From an uncultured Verrucomicrobiae bacterium (lineage in GTDB: Bacteria; Verrucomicrobiota; Verrucomicrobiia; Palsa-1439): DNA of 64,000 nucleotides. Made by a program: the position numbers and the translations under genes. Position 1 is the stretch's first letter, and each line of letters begins with the position of its first letter. Shown here one piece after another: positions 1 through 9,066 of the stretch. The notes beneath the pieces are model-generated. The model searched no databases. It was not told the origin of the DNA and saw only the letters and a program-made list of their open reading frames with translations. The stretch is taken from contig CAWEWF010000014.1 of NCBI GenBank assembly GCA_963812605.1, positions 819,438 to 883,437 on the forward strand. The letters run 5' to 3'.

Positions 1-727
1 CATCCTCGATACCCTTCTCCGTTACGGCATCCTCCTCGCGATCATCGTCGCGATCATTCTCATTCTCGACGCGATGCAGCTTCATTGGGAAGACATTGGC
101 GATCGATTCGGCGCGCACTTTTTCGCGATTTTCCTCACCCTGCTCTATTTCTTCATGGAATGGGGATACTTCGCCACGTTTGAGTGGCTTTGGACCGGTC
201 AGACGCCGGGCAAACGCGCCGCGCGCATCCGCGTGCTCAAGGACGGCGGCGGGCCGGTCTCGTTCCTCGATGCCGCCTTGCGCAATCTGGTCCGCATCGT
301 GGACAGTTCGGGCCCGATGGCCGCAATCGGCATGCTGTTCATTTTCTTCAACAAGAAAAACAAACGGCCGGGCGACCTGTTGGCGCGCACCATCGTCGTG
401 CGCGAACATCCCAAGACGTTGACGCAACTGCTGGCGGTGTCCGACATCCCGCCGCGCGCCGCGGATGACCCGTTTGCCGACCTCATTCAGCGCATCGCAC
501 TGACCAGCGATCAACACGATTTGATCACGCGGTACCTGCAGCGTCGGAACCAACTGGATACTGCAACCCGGACGCGCTTGTCCCGGCAGATTGTGGATAC
601 CATTCTCGGCCCGGTCCGCTTGCAACCAAACTCCGCGCATCTCAACTTCCCGCAGGAAGCCGACTACGAGCGCTTCCTGCAAAGTTTGGTCTCCGCGCAG
701 ACCGGTCCGCCGTCATCAAAGCCATGA
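1..727 (+). CDS. RDD family membrane protein (5' end probably outside window)
   Basis: GQTPGKRAARIRV, RNLVRIVD and KRPGDLLARTIVV motifs typical of RDD proteins; the frame is open back to the window start. Confidence 0.85.
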   Translation, partial: ILDTLLRYGILLAIIVAIILILDAMQLHWEDIGDRFGAHFFAIFLTLLYFFMEWGYFATFEWLWTGQTPGKRAARIRVLKDGGGPVSFLDAALRNLVRIVDSSGPMAAIGMLFIFFNKKNKRPGDLLARTIVVREHPKTLTQLLAVSDIPPRAADDPFADLIQRIALTSDQHDLITRYLQRRNQLDTATRTRLSRQIVDTILGPVRLQPNSAHLNFPQEADYERFLQSLVSAQTGPPSSKP

Positions 728-1704
728 CACCCACCCAATTCATCCACAACCGCAAGGAACACTGGCAGCAACTGGAGTCGCTGCTGGTAAAAACGGAGCG
801 GCGCCGCCTGCGCGCCCTGACGCGCGCGGAACTCAAGCGTCTCGGCCAGCTCTATCGCATCCTGACCACCGACCTCGCGTATGCGCAGACAAATTTCCCG
901 CAATCCGATGTCGTCCTGACGCTGAACCAACTGGCCTCACGCACCCATCCGTACGTCTATCGTGGCGAGTCCTTCACCTTCGCCGGTGTGCTCCGGTTTT
1001 TCCGCGTCGATCTCCCGCAAACCTTTCGCGCCAACGTCCATTACTTCGCGCTTTCCGCGACGATCTTCCTGGTGGCCGGCGCGCTGGGCGCCATCGCCGT
1101 CCTCTTCAACGAAGAGGCCGCGGGCATCGTCATCTCCCCGGCGATGATTGATTACATCCACCGCCACGAGATGTGGACAAACCATCTCTTCAGCGTCGTC
1201 CCCTCTTCCGTCGCCTCGACCGCGATCTTTACGAACAATATTTCGGTCGCCTTCTCAGCGTTTGCGCTCGGCCTCACCTTTGGTATCGGGACCTGTTATG
1301 TGATTGTGGTCAATGGTCTCATGTTGGGATGCATCATGATGCTTTGTGCCCGTTACGGCATGCTCGGTCCGCTGCTCGAATTTATCACCGCCCACGGCGT
1401 GGTGGAGATTTCAACGATTCTGATCGCCGGCGCGGCGGGCTTGATGGTGGGCACGGCCCTGCTCAATCCCGGCGATCATACCCGCCGCGATGCCCTGGCC
1501 GTGCGCGGCGCGGATGCCGTGAAACTCGTGCTCGGTATCGCGCCCATTCTCGTGGTGATCGGTCTGGTGGAAGGCTTCATTTCGCCGCAGCCCGCCATTC
1601 CCGCGGAATTGAAAATGGCGCTGGGCCTTTTCCTCGGCGCGTTGCTGTATTTGCACTTGTTCCTGTCGGGCCGCAAACCGTCTACAGCAAACCGCGTTTC
1701 TTGA
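724..1704 (+). CDS. Stage II sporulation protein M-like (DUF95) membrane protein
   Basis: IFTNNISVAF, NGLMLG, HGVVEISTILIAGAAG and VEGFISP motifs; ATGA overlap with the RDD gene. Confidence 0.85.
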   Translation: MTPTQFIHNRKEHWQQLESLLVKTERRRLRALTRAELKRLGQLYRILTTDLAYAQTNFPQSDVVLTLNQLASRTHPYVYRGESFTFAGVLRFFRVDLPQTFRANVHYFALSATIFLVAGALGAIAVLFNEEAAGIVISPAMIDYIHRHEMWTNHLFSVVPSSVASTAIFTNNISVAFSAFALGLTFGIGTCYVIVVNGLMLGCIMMLCARYGMLGPLLEFITAHGVVEISTILIAGAAGLMVGTALLNPGDHTRRDALAVRGADAVKLVLGIAPILVVIGLVEGFISPQPAIPAELKMALGLFLGALLYLHLFLSGRKPSTANRVS

Positions 1705-2992
1705 CCTCAAGGTAACGGTTGATCGTGGCCGTGGTCAGCGCGTTGGCGGGGACATTAACGGTGAGCGCGCCGTGGCGTTCCAGAAGATGGACGGCATTAC
1801 GGTAATCTTCCCACAATTCAACCGCCGCCACGAGACGGAATGCTTCCGCGGCTTCCACGGGTGTTTGGGACTGCGCCGCCAACAGGTCCGAATCGCTGAT
1901 GGTCACGCAGACAGGCAAATGCCGCGGTCGCAAATACAACATCCCGCCCAGCAACGAGCGCGATGCTTCCGCGTCCACCAGGTCGGTGAAACACACCATC
2001 AAGGTGCGCCGCGAGTTTTTTCGGGCCAAAAAGGAAAATGCGAGCGAGTAATCCGATTCCAGCCGCACGGGTTGCGCGCGATGCAGCGCCTCGACGATCC
2101 GGCCCAATTGCTCGCGGCCTTTGTCGGGCGGCAGATAGGCGACTACGCGATTGGCGAAGAGCAGCAGCCCCACCAAATCTCCCTTCAAGAGCGCGATCTG
2201 CGCCAGCAGCGCCGCGGCATTGGCCACGTAATCCAGTTTGGTGAAATCGCCCACCTTCGCACCCATCAATCGTCCCGTGTCGATCGCCAGAACCACGCGC
2301 TGGTTGCGTTCCGTCTCATATTCCCGCGTCGTGAGCCGGTTGCGCCGCGCCGTCGCCTTCCAATCAATCGTGCGGTAATCATCGTCTCGCACGTAATCGC
2401 GCAGCGACTCGAATTCCGTCCCTTCCCCCAATAGACGCGACAGTTTCAACCCGCCGGGCAGCGTCGACGCATGGGCCAACGCCAACTCCGTCTGCGAGAG
2501 CTGTTTGATGTTGGGATAAACCTTCACTTCCGTTGGCGCGGGCGCTCGAAATTGCGCCCGTGTCAACCCCAACGCACCGTTCACGCGATAGAATACATCC
2601 CCAAACGCAAAGACGCCGCGGAACGTCGGCCGAATCGGATAGTGGTGTTTGGCACCGGTCATGGGCAGCAACTTCAAGGCGGCTTCGCGTCCAACTGCCC
2701 GGAAATGTATCGGCGGGGAATCTTTCACCATTAGCCGGGCCGCGCGCCGTGAGAGGTTGCGGATGTGCAGCGTAACCTCCTGGCGCACCCCGAGTGAAAG
2801 CACGCGGGGACAGCTTCGCTCGATCTGGATTCCGCGTCGCGGGATCGTCCCGAAATAATCGTACGCGGCCAGGCCCAGCAGTACGGCGTCGTAGGCCAGC
2901 GCCATCCCAAAAAATCGCGGCACAAAACCGCCCAGCATCATCGGCACCAAGCCAAGCCCCAACAGATACAGAAATCGCGTCGTGAAACTCAT
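1682..2992 (-). CDS. DUF58 domain protein (VWA-like MoxR partner)
   Basis: GTEFESLRDYVRDDDYRTIDWKATAR and DTGRLM motifs; directly downstream of MoxR. Confidence 0.9.
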   Translation of the reverse strand: MSFTTRFLYLLGLGLVPMMLGGFVPRFFGMALAYDAVLLGLAAYDYFGTIPRRGIQIERSCPRVLSLGVRQEVTLHIRNLSRRAARLMVKDSPPIHFRAVGREAALKLLPMTGAKHHYPIRPTFRGVFAFGDVFYRVNGALGLTRAQFRAPAPTEVKVYPNIKQLSQTELALAHASTLPGGLKLSRLLGEGTEFESLRDYVRDDDYRTIDWKATARRNRLTTREYETERNQRVVLAIDTGRLMGAKVGDFTKLDYVANAAALLAQIALLKGDLVGLLLFANRVVAYLPPDKGREQLGRIVEALHRAQPVRLESDYSLAFSFLARKNSRRTLMVCFTDLVDAEASRSLLGGMLYLRPRHLPVCVTISDSDLLAAQSQTPVEAAEAFRLVAAVELWEDYRNAVHLLERHGALTVNVPANALTTATINRYLEVKKRGLL

Positions 2993-3951
2993 CGCGGCAC
3001 GGGCACTTCTCCCAGCACCTGCGCCACCACGCTGTCCGCCGTGTGCCCTTCAATCTCCGCTTCCGGTCGCAGGATCAAACGGTGTCGCAACACCGCCGCA
3101 GCCAGTTCCTTCACGTCGTCAGGCGTCACAAAATCGCGCCCGCGCAGCGCCGCCAGCACCTTCGCCGATTGCAGCAGCGCCAGCGAAGCGCGCGGACTGG
3201 CTCCCAGCGATAACCGCTGCGAGGCGCGTGTCGCGGCCACAACCTGCACGATGTACTGGATAATCTCCTCTTTCACGAGGATTGCCTCCGCGATTTTGCG
3301 CGTCGCGGCAATCGAGTCGGCGGTCATGACCGTCTTGACGCCGAGTTGCTGCAACGAGTGAAGCTGAAAACCCGAGTGATACCGTCGCAGGATCTCGCAT
3401 TCCTCTTCCGCCTCCGGATAATGAATGGCGATCTTCATCAGGAACCGATCCACCTGCGCCTCCGCCAGCGGGAACGTGCCCTCGTATTCGACCGGGTTCT
3501 GCGTCGCGACCACGAAGAAGTTTGCCGGCAGCGGATGGAGCACCCCGTCCACCGTCACCTGCCGTTCCTCCATGGCCTCCAGCAGCGCGGCCTGGGTCTT
3601 CGGCGGCGTGCGGTTGATTTCGTCAACCAGCACAATATCGGCAAAAATCGGCCCCGCGACAAAAGCGAAGGTCCGGGTCTGCAAGTCGAAGACGTTCGTG
3701 CCGATGATATCCGAAGGCATGAGGTCGGGCGTGAACTGGATGCGCTTGAAGGTGCTACTGAGTGTATGCGCCAGCGCCTTGGCGAAAAGGGTCTTGGCCA
3801 GACCGGGCACGCCCTCAATCAACACATGCCCGCCCGCCAGAAAGGCCACAATTGCCTGCTCCATGACCGCGCGCTGACCGACAATGACCTTCTGCAGTTC
3901 CCCGATCAACTGTTCAAAGGTCTCGGGAATCGATCCGCTGGTTCCGTTCAT
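2989..3951 (-). CDS. moxR: MoxR family AAA+ ATPase
   Basis: Walker A GVPGLAKT, RIQFTPDLMPSD, DEINRTPPKTQAALLEAM, ATQNPVEYEGTFPL. Confidence 0.95.
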   Translation of the reverse strand: MNGTSGSIPETFEQLIGELQKVIVGQRAVMEQAIVAFLAGGHVLIEGVPGLAKTLFAKALAHTLSSTFKRIQFTPDLMPSDIIGTNVFDLQTRTFAFVAGPIFADIVLVDEINRTPPKTQAALLEAMEERQVTVDGVLHPLPANFFVVATQNPVEYEGTFPLAEAQVDRFLMKIAIHYPEAEEECEILRRYHSGFQLHSLQQLGVKTVMTADSIAATRKIAEAILVKEEIIQYIVQVVAATRASQRLSLGASPRASLALLQSAKVLAALRGRDFVTPDDVKELAAAVLRHRLILRPEAEIEGHTADSVVAQVLGEVPVPR

Positions 3952-5180
3952 TGCATTTGTCTCCTGAATTCCTGGATGCGGCGGACGAGTTGTGCGAACT
4001 CTCGTCGTGTCAGCCGCCTCGTCTCCAACCGCTGTTCACAATCGCCGGCCAGTTCCTCCCAGGCGCGGCGCAATTCGGGGCGCGCCCCGAGCCGGGCGGC
4101 GATTTCTGCCGCCGTCGCTGCTGCGCCCAGTCCGTGTCGGTCGCTCAACTCCTGCCGCACATGTTGATACAAATACTCGAGCGTCTCCAACTGCGTGTCC
4201 GCGCGCCGGTACAAATCACCCAGGGCTACCGTGTATTCCATGACCGAGCGACGCGTCTCATGGACGAGCGGCACCGCTTCCCCGAACCGTCGCGCCTGCG
4301 AATACAACACCAACGCCGCCACCAGCGCAAGCTGTAGCGCGGAGAATTTCACGACAGGTAACGTGAGGAAATCGCGCATGGCAAACTCGCTCGAATAGCC
4401 GTGATGGTACTCGTCAAACAAGATCGTGCCCCCTTCGGGCAGATCGCGCAACAAATCCAGCAGAAGCGCCAGGTTGTCGCTCGCCACCAGAAATTCGTTG
4501 TCGATGAGGGAAGCGCTGGAGAAAAAGACCACTTGTCCCCGGCCGTGCGGCGCCCACAGCGCATGCGCTGCCCCGTCGCCACCCACCACCAGCGGTACCG
4601 CCGCGCCCTCGGTGACGCGGAAGCCGGGACTCTCTTCCAGGGTGACGGCGTGCACGCCTTCGGTGAGCTTGAGCGGTGTGATCCCGTGAACGGTTTCTGT
4701 TTTGCGACGCAAGGTCCAGAAGTCCGCGCTTCCCGCGGCCTCGAGCTCATTCGTCCCCAGTCGAATGTCCAAGGCCTCCAGCAATTTGGATGCGAACCGC
4801 CCCCCGTGCCGGTCGGGGTTCGCGTAATACAACAGGAGGTTCCCCCGCGCCAGCCAGCGCGCCAGGGCGTCGCTCTCCTCGCCTGTCGGGGGCGCGGGTC
4901 CCTGTCTGCTGAAAGATTCCTCGGAGGCAAAATCGGCATACACCAAAACACCGGTTCGCGACGCGAGCTTTGTCCATGGGTGCTGCCAGCGCTCCGCCCG
5001 CCATCCAAGTTTCTGCAGCGTCACAAAGATGGCCTTGGTGCCCGCCGGCGAGGGATTGAAACTGCTCGGCGCGAGGGAGAGCGCATAGCGCTCGCGGTTT
5101 CCCGCCACGGCGAGCGCGAGCGCGAAGGTAACCAGCAAGATGACGCCAAAGAGCAGCCAGTGCCGCGCCTGCGAACTCAT
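3948..5180 (-). CDS. DUF4350 domain membrane-anchored protein
   Basis: N-terminal TM, PSSFNPSPAGTKA, FDEYHHG and RRFG motifs; conserved position before moxR. Confidence 0.75.
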   Translation of the reverse strand: MSSQARHWLLFGVILLVTFALALAVAGNRERYALSLAPSSFNPSPAGTKAIFVTLQKLGWRAERWQHPWTKLASRTGVLVYADFASEESFSRQGPAPPTGEESDALARWLARGNLLLYYANPDRHGGRFASKLLEALDIRLGTNELEAAGSADFWTLRRKTETVHGITPLKLTEGVHAVTLEESPGFRVTEGAAVPLVVGGDGAAHALWAPHGRGQVVFFSSASLIDNEFLVASDNLALLLDLLRDLPEGGTILFDEYHHGYSSEFAMRDFLTLPVVKFSALQLALVAALVLYSQARRFGEAVPLVHETRRSVMEYTVALGDLYRRADTQLETLEYLYQHVRQELSDRHGLGAAATAAEIAARLGARPELRRAWEELAGDCEQRLETRRLTRREFAQLVRRIQEFRRQMQ

Positions 5181-6193
5181 GCCTCATCCGCTCCCTGGAT
5201 TTCACCACCGCCAACATCCTCCAGCAGTTTGCTCGTCATCGAGGCGAACTGTTGGACATACATGGCATCGCAGGACTCAGCGCCGAAAACCGTGCGGTCA
5301 TACATAAGATTTAGCGAGCGGAACGACGAGACCAGCGCTGCCGCTGGCGATTTTTGCCGAAATTGCGAGAGATACTCCCAGTTCGTGCGCGTGCGGTCGT
5401 GAACCACCAGGCCCCGTCTCTCCAAGCCCGCCAGAAGCGCGAGATGAAAGTTCTTGAGCGCCTCGATCAGCTCCCCGCGCTGCAATAGCTCCTGCGCGCG
5501 CTGCCAATAAATGCCCGGAGACTCCAGTTGGGTGACCGCCTGGGTTGCGAGCGTGCTGACGATTTTTTCGCGCGATTGCAACGCCCGCCAGATCAAGTAG
5601 CCCGCCAGGATAAACAGTGGCAACACAAGTATGCCCATCGCGATGTAGTAGGCAATCGTGGCGGCGCGCTGTCCCAAATTTGTCGAGAAGATGCGCTCCA
5701 GCCACTTTGACAAGGCTTCGAGCATGCGGATCCCATACCGCTGCCACCAACTCGGCGACGCGGTGCCATGGTATTCCGGGGCGGCCAGGATCTCCGTGAG
5801 CGCTTTCCGGGTTTCGTTGAGATTATGTTCGCGGAGCGCTCCGCGCTCGGGCTCAGTCTCCGTTTCAATGAGAAGTTGGCGGCAAAGAGCAACTAATCGC
5901 TGCCAATCCGCGTCCTTCGGACCATGTCCGTCGCGGCAGAGACGCTGCGTTTCATCACCGATCGCAACCGCCGCCGCATTCCAACCCGTCCGCCAGGATT
6001 GATTCAACAGCATCGACGCCGCGCTTTGCACGGCATTGGTATCGCCGCTTTCGAGCGAACGCACGAGTTGTTCGATGGAAGCGCGAAATTCGACCCGCGG
6101 CGTAACCATCGGCTCCGCGTGCGCGGACGAGACAGCCTCCGCGAACGAAAGACAAGTGACGATCAGGCAAGCGACGAGCGATTTCTTCATCAT
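5177..6193 (-). CDS. DUF4129 domain protein
   Basis: Signal peptide, central TM, C-terminal RTNWEY...YDRTVFG motif. Confidence 0.7.
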   Translation of the reverse strand: MMKKSLVACLIVTCLSFAEAVSSAHAEPMVTPRVEFRASIEQLVRSLESGDTNAVQSAASMLLNQSWRTGWNAAAVAIGDETQRLCRDGHGPKDADWQRLVALCRQLLIETETEPERGALREHNLNETRKALTEILAAPEYHGTASPSWWQRYGIRMLEALSKWLERIFSTNLGQRAATIAYYIAMGILVLPLFILAGYLIWRALQSREKIVSTLATQAVTQLESPGIYWQRAQELLQRGELIEALKNFHLALLAGLERRGLVVHDRTRTNWEYLSQFRQKSPAAALVSSFRSLNLMYDRTVFGAESCDAMYVQQFASMTSKLLEDVGGGEIQGADEA

Positions 6194-7062
6194 GAATGCA
6201 CCGGTGGGACCGGTTGGACGCCCATCGATGACGCCAACATTTGCAGGTCAAAGCCTTCTTTGCGGATCCGAATATCGTAGTAGAAGAGAATCATGGCGAT
6301 CGTCCCAATGGGTGATACACCGGCTTGGACGATCATGGTCAGCGTGCCCTGCAACAAGTGCATGGGGCCGAGCAGGCTTGGCGGGTGGCTGCGATCATGG
6401 GTCAAAACTTGGGCAATGCCGAAAGGAAGGCTGACAATGCCACCGGCCGCTGCGGCGAGCATGAAGACGATGATTAGAATCACGCTGGCCTTCATGATGT
6501 TGTTGCGGAAGAAACCTTTGTCCGATTTCTTGCGCATCAGCTCGCTGCTCCGCCGCATCGCCTCCGTCGGGCCGAGACCTTCGATGACCACAACCTGGCC
6601 GACCAAGAGGTACGAAAGAAGAAAGTAAACGCCCGGCGCGATACAAGCCACCATCCCCAGGACGACGATGAGCGAGGTCAAGAGCGTCGCGCCCAGTAAC
6701 TTGCCCAGGCGCGGCCGCACGCGGCGCAGGGATTCGGCGATCCCGATCGGTTCGCCCAGATAGATCGACGAGACGGCCGTGGTCAATGTCCCGATCCCAA
6801 CCTGCGCCGCGAGAAACGTCACCATCGTTGACAAGAACAGGGCGACGAAAAAAATCAGTCCCGGTAGATGCGGCGCCATTCCCGGTGACGGCTGCAGAGG
6901 CACGAGCGATGCCTGCCAGGTCAGCGCCCCGAGAAAGCTGATGGCCTGCACCGCCAACATGATCAGGAAGAACGTCATGAAATGCGCCCGATAGAGACGG
7001 AACGTCCGGTCCAGGATTTCGCCGAGATCCATCGGTCGCAAGTCCAGTCGCACTGCGGTCAT
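6190..7062 (-). CDS. Conserved integral membrane protein of MoxR clusters (LRPMDLGEILD N-terminus)
   Basis: LRPMDLGEILDRTFRLYR start and YYDIRIRKEGFDL end; ATG at 7062 has GGAGG upstream (ORF track start 7164 is probably too long). Confidence 0.75.
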   Translation of the reverse strand: MTAVRLDLRPMDLGEILDRTFRLYRAHFMTFFLIMLAVQAISFLGALTWQASLVPLQPSPGMAPHLPGLIFFVALFLSTMVTFLAAQVGIGTLTTAVSSIYLGEPIGIAESLRRVRPRLGKLLGATLLTSLIVVLGMVACIAPGVYFLLSYLLVGQVVVIEGLGPTEAMRRSSELMRKKSDKGFFRNNIMKASVILIIVFMLAAAAGGIVSLPFGIAQVLTHDRSHPPSLLGPMHLLQGTLTMIVQAGVSPIGTIAMILFYYDIRIRKEGFDLQMLASSMGVQPVPPVHS

Positions 7063-7182
7063 TACCAGCCTCCGTATCCTTGTGGGGTTGATAACGGTTG
7101 CGCCGCCATCCGGCGCCACCGTCGCGATGGGCAGTGTTGTAGCGGGTCGCACGCGCGAGCGCAATCCGCAATTCCACAGCGA

Positions 7183-7614
7183 CTAGGAGACCGGACCAAG
7201 GTCGAGGTGCTGCGGGGGATTCGGCGGAAGTTTCCAGACGATCTCGCCGTGGTCGGTCGCGGCGTGCATCTGGTTGGCGAGTTCAATGCCCGCATTATAG
7301 GTCTTTTCGAAGGCGACAAAATCCCTCGCCGCAACGTGTTGATCGAGCGGGTCAAGAATCTTCTGCGTGTAGGTTTCGACCATGCCCTTGTACTTCGGGC
7401 GGGTCAGGTTGCCCTTCTTGAACAGGCTGCGGACACCGCGCAATTGATAGGCTGCCAACTCCCAATTCCCGCCTTTCGCCGCGTAGTAGGCAATCCAATA
7501 GCGGTCGCTCACGTCGCGCATCAACGTGCCAAGTCCCGGCTGCAGTTCCGCGATCTGGTCCAGGGTCAGCTCGCCGTGTTTGGTCCGCCCCACAATCGGT
7601 TTCTCATCCGCCAT
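7183..7614 (-). CDS. Hypothetical helical protein, cytochrome c-like four-helix-bundle resemblance without CxxCH
   Basis: C-terminal 143 aa of ORF 7183-8073 starting at MADEKPIV; PGLGTLM...GNWELAAYQL...ANQMH. Confidence 0.6.
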   Translation of the reverse strand: MADEKPIVGRTKHGELTLDQIAELQPGLGTLMRDVSDRYWIAYYAAKGGNWELAAYQLRGVRSLFKKGNLTRPKYKGMVETYTQKILDPLDQHVAARDFVAFEKTYNAGIELANQMHAATDHGEIVWKLPPNPPQHLDLGPVS

Positions 7615-7699
7615 ATGCACTTGTGTAGTCGGCGTCCCCTGACAAATCAACCCAAAACAAAACCCCGACACACGCGTGCCGGGGTTCGTCGAGTTGGAA

Positions 7700-8073
7700 A
7701 GAGCAAGTTCTACGTTGGCTTTACCGGTCTTTCCGCCGTTGGAATTCATCAGCGGACAAGTGCCCGCTTTCGGCCCTTGCCGCTGTGCGCGTCCCACTGT
7801 GTCAACTGGTCGGGCGTCAGAGATTTTCTCCAGCCCCGTGTTGAACATCGCGTGAATTCCGAGGTCGAAGTTGCCTTGAGACAATCTTGCTTCAAGAACG
7901 TCAATTTTCGCTTTCTGGTCGTCCGTCAGGTTCAGCTTGCTGAACATGTCGCCGCAAGACGCTGCCTTCGCGCTACCCTTCGCCATCCCTCCGCAACAAC
8001 CTTCACCCGCAAACACCGATGCCGACCCGAGCGCGACGACTGCCGCTACCGTAAATGCTAAAAACTTTCTCAC
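7700..8073 (-). pseudogene. Small secreted Spy/CpxP-like (LTxxQ) protein, frameshifted as assembled; 3' end approximate
   Basis: Signal peptide, then LNLTDDQKAKID; a second LTPDQLTQW motif appears in a shifted frame near 7800-7830. Confidence 0.45.
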
Positions 8074-8212
8074 GTGTTCTCCTTTTGTGTTGGTTCGTCA
8101 GCTTGGACACAATATTACCATAAGATTGTTCGATCTTCCCCTCGCGCCGACAAGCCCGCATCCCCAGCCCGTTCGTTGGCGAGAGATTTTTGGACTTCGT
8201 ACTCTTGCCCGG

Positions 8213-8470
8213 TTAGGGGAACCGCTTGTTGTATTCCTCGTGCGCGCCGATCCACTCCCAGAGGAACACGTCTCCGACGAAATGTCCTACCGCGCGGTAA
8301 TGATCGCCCACTCGCACCGACCAGAGTGGGGAGCGAATCGGCTTAAATTTCAGGGAAGGATGAAGCGGGTTTTGCTTCCAGAGGACGAATTTCTTCCGGG
8401 CGAGTCGTTGAACGGGGGCAGGCAACTGCTCGTAACACGCCCAAAAGTTCCGCGTGGCGTGGGAAGTCAC
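8213..8470 (-). CDS. RelE/ParE-like toxin
   Basis: 85 aa basic protein with NPLHPSLKFK, WSVRVGDHYRAVG and WIGAHEEYN motifs. Confidence 0.75.
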   Translation of the reverse strand: MTSHATRNFWACYEQLPAPVQRLARKKFVLWKQNPLHPSLKFKPIRSPLWSVRVGDHYRAVGHFVGDVFLWEWIGAHEEYNKRFP

Positions 8471-8667
8471 GGGAACTCGGTCGTACGGCCTTTCCGGTAC
8501 TCAACCTCGGATTCCTTGACGAGCTTGTCGAACTTGCCGGCCGCCGCGTCGCGTTTCATCTGCAAGTCCCATTCGTCATCGGCGGAGTGGTTCAACCACT
8601 GCATCAGTTCCAAGCGTTCTTCGAGGGACAGATGCTCAATCGCCTTCTTGATTTCGTTCACGCTCAC
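8467..8667 (-). CDS. Putative antitoxin
   Basis: 66 aa acidic protein, WDLQMKRDAAAGKFDKL; overlaps the toxin start (GTGA). Confidence 0.7.
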   Translation of the reverse strand: MSVNEIKKAIEHLSLEERLELMQWLNHSADDEWDLQMKRDAAAGKFDKLVKESEVEYRKGRTTEFP

Positions 8668-8864
8668 AGCCGTAGTTCCCCGTCGGAAGCGTAATCAGCC
8701 AGTAGCGCCTTCGCAGCCCGCTCCAGTTCCTGCGCCTCATTCATGCCCACCTTGAAGTCATTCGGAATCCAAGAGTCGTCTTGTTCAACGATGAATTTCG
8801 CCACTACGGCCCGCTCTCCGGGCGGCAAGGCTTTGATCTGCTCAATAATTTCTTTCCCGCTCAT
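8664..8864 (-). CDS. Small antitoxin-like hypothetical protein
   Basis: MSGKEIIEQIKALPPGERA N-terminus similar in style to the neighbouring antitoxin; coupled stop/start. Confidence 0.5.
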   Translation of the reverse strand: MSGKEIIEQIKALPPGERAVVAKFIVEQDDSWIPNDFKVGMNEAQELERAAKALLADYASDGELRL

Positions 8865-9066
8865 GGCTTGGTTTGGCTCTATACATACTGCACTTTCGCC
8901 CGACACTCAAGCCCGAAGCGGCCCGCCCAACCCAACGGCTGCATGTGAAAGGATCAAGTCGCAGCGCCTCTCTGGCGGTACGCATTTCGAGGGCGGCGAG
9001 AACAACGCGAATAGGATTCGCGTTGCTACGATTTCAACGCCAGTGGTATATGCGAATGCGAAAGCG

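Noticed and set aside
7183-8073. Single 296-aa secreted fusion protein
   Set aside because: Appears to be an artefactual join of a frameshifted Spy-like gene and a separate gene starting at 7614.
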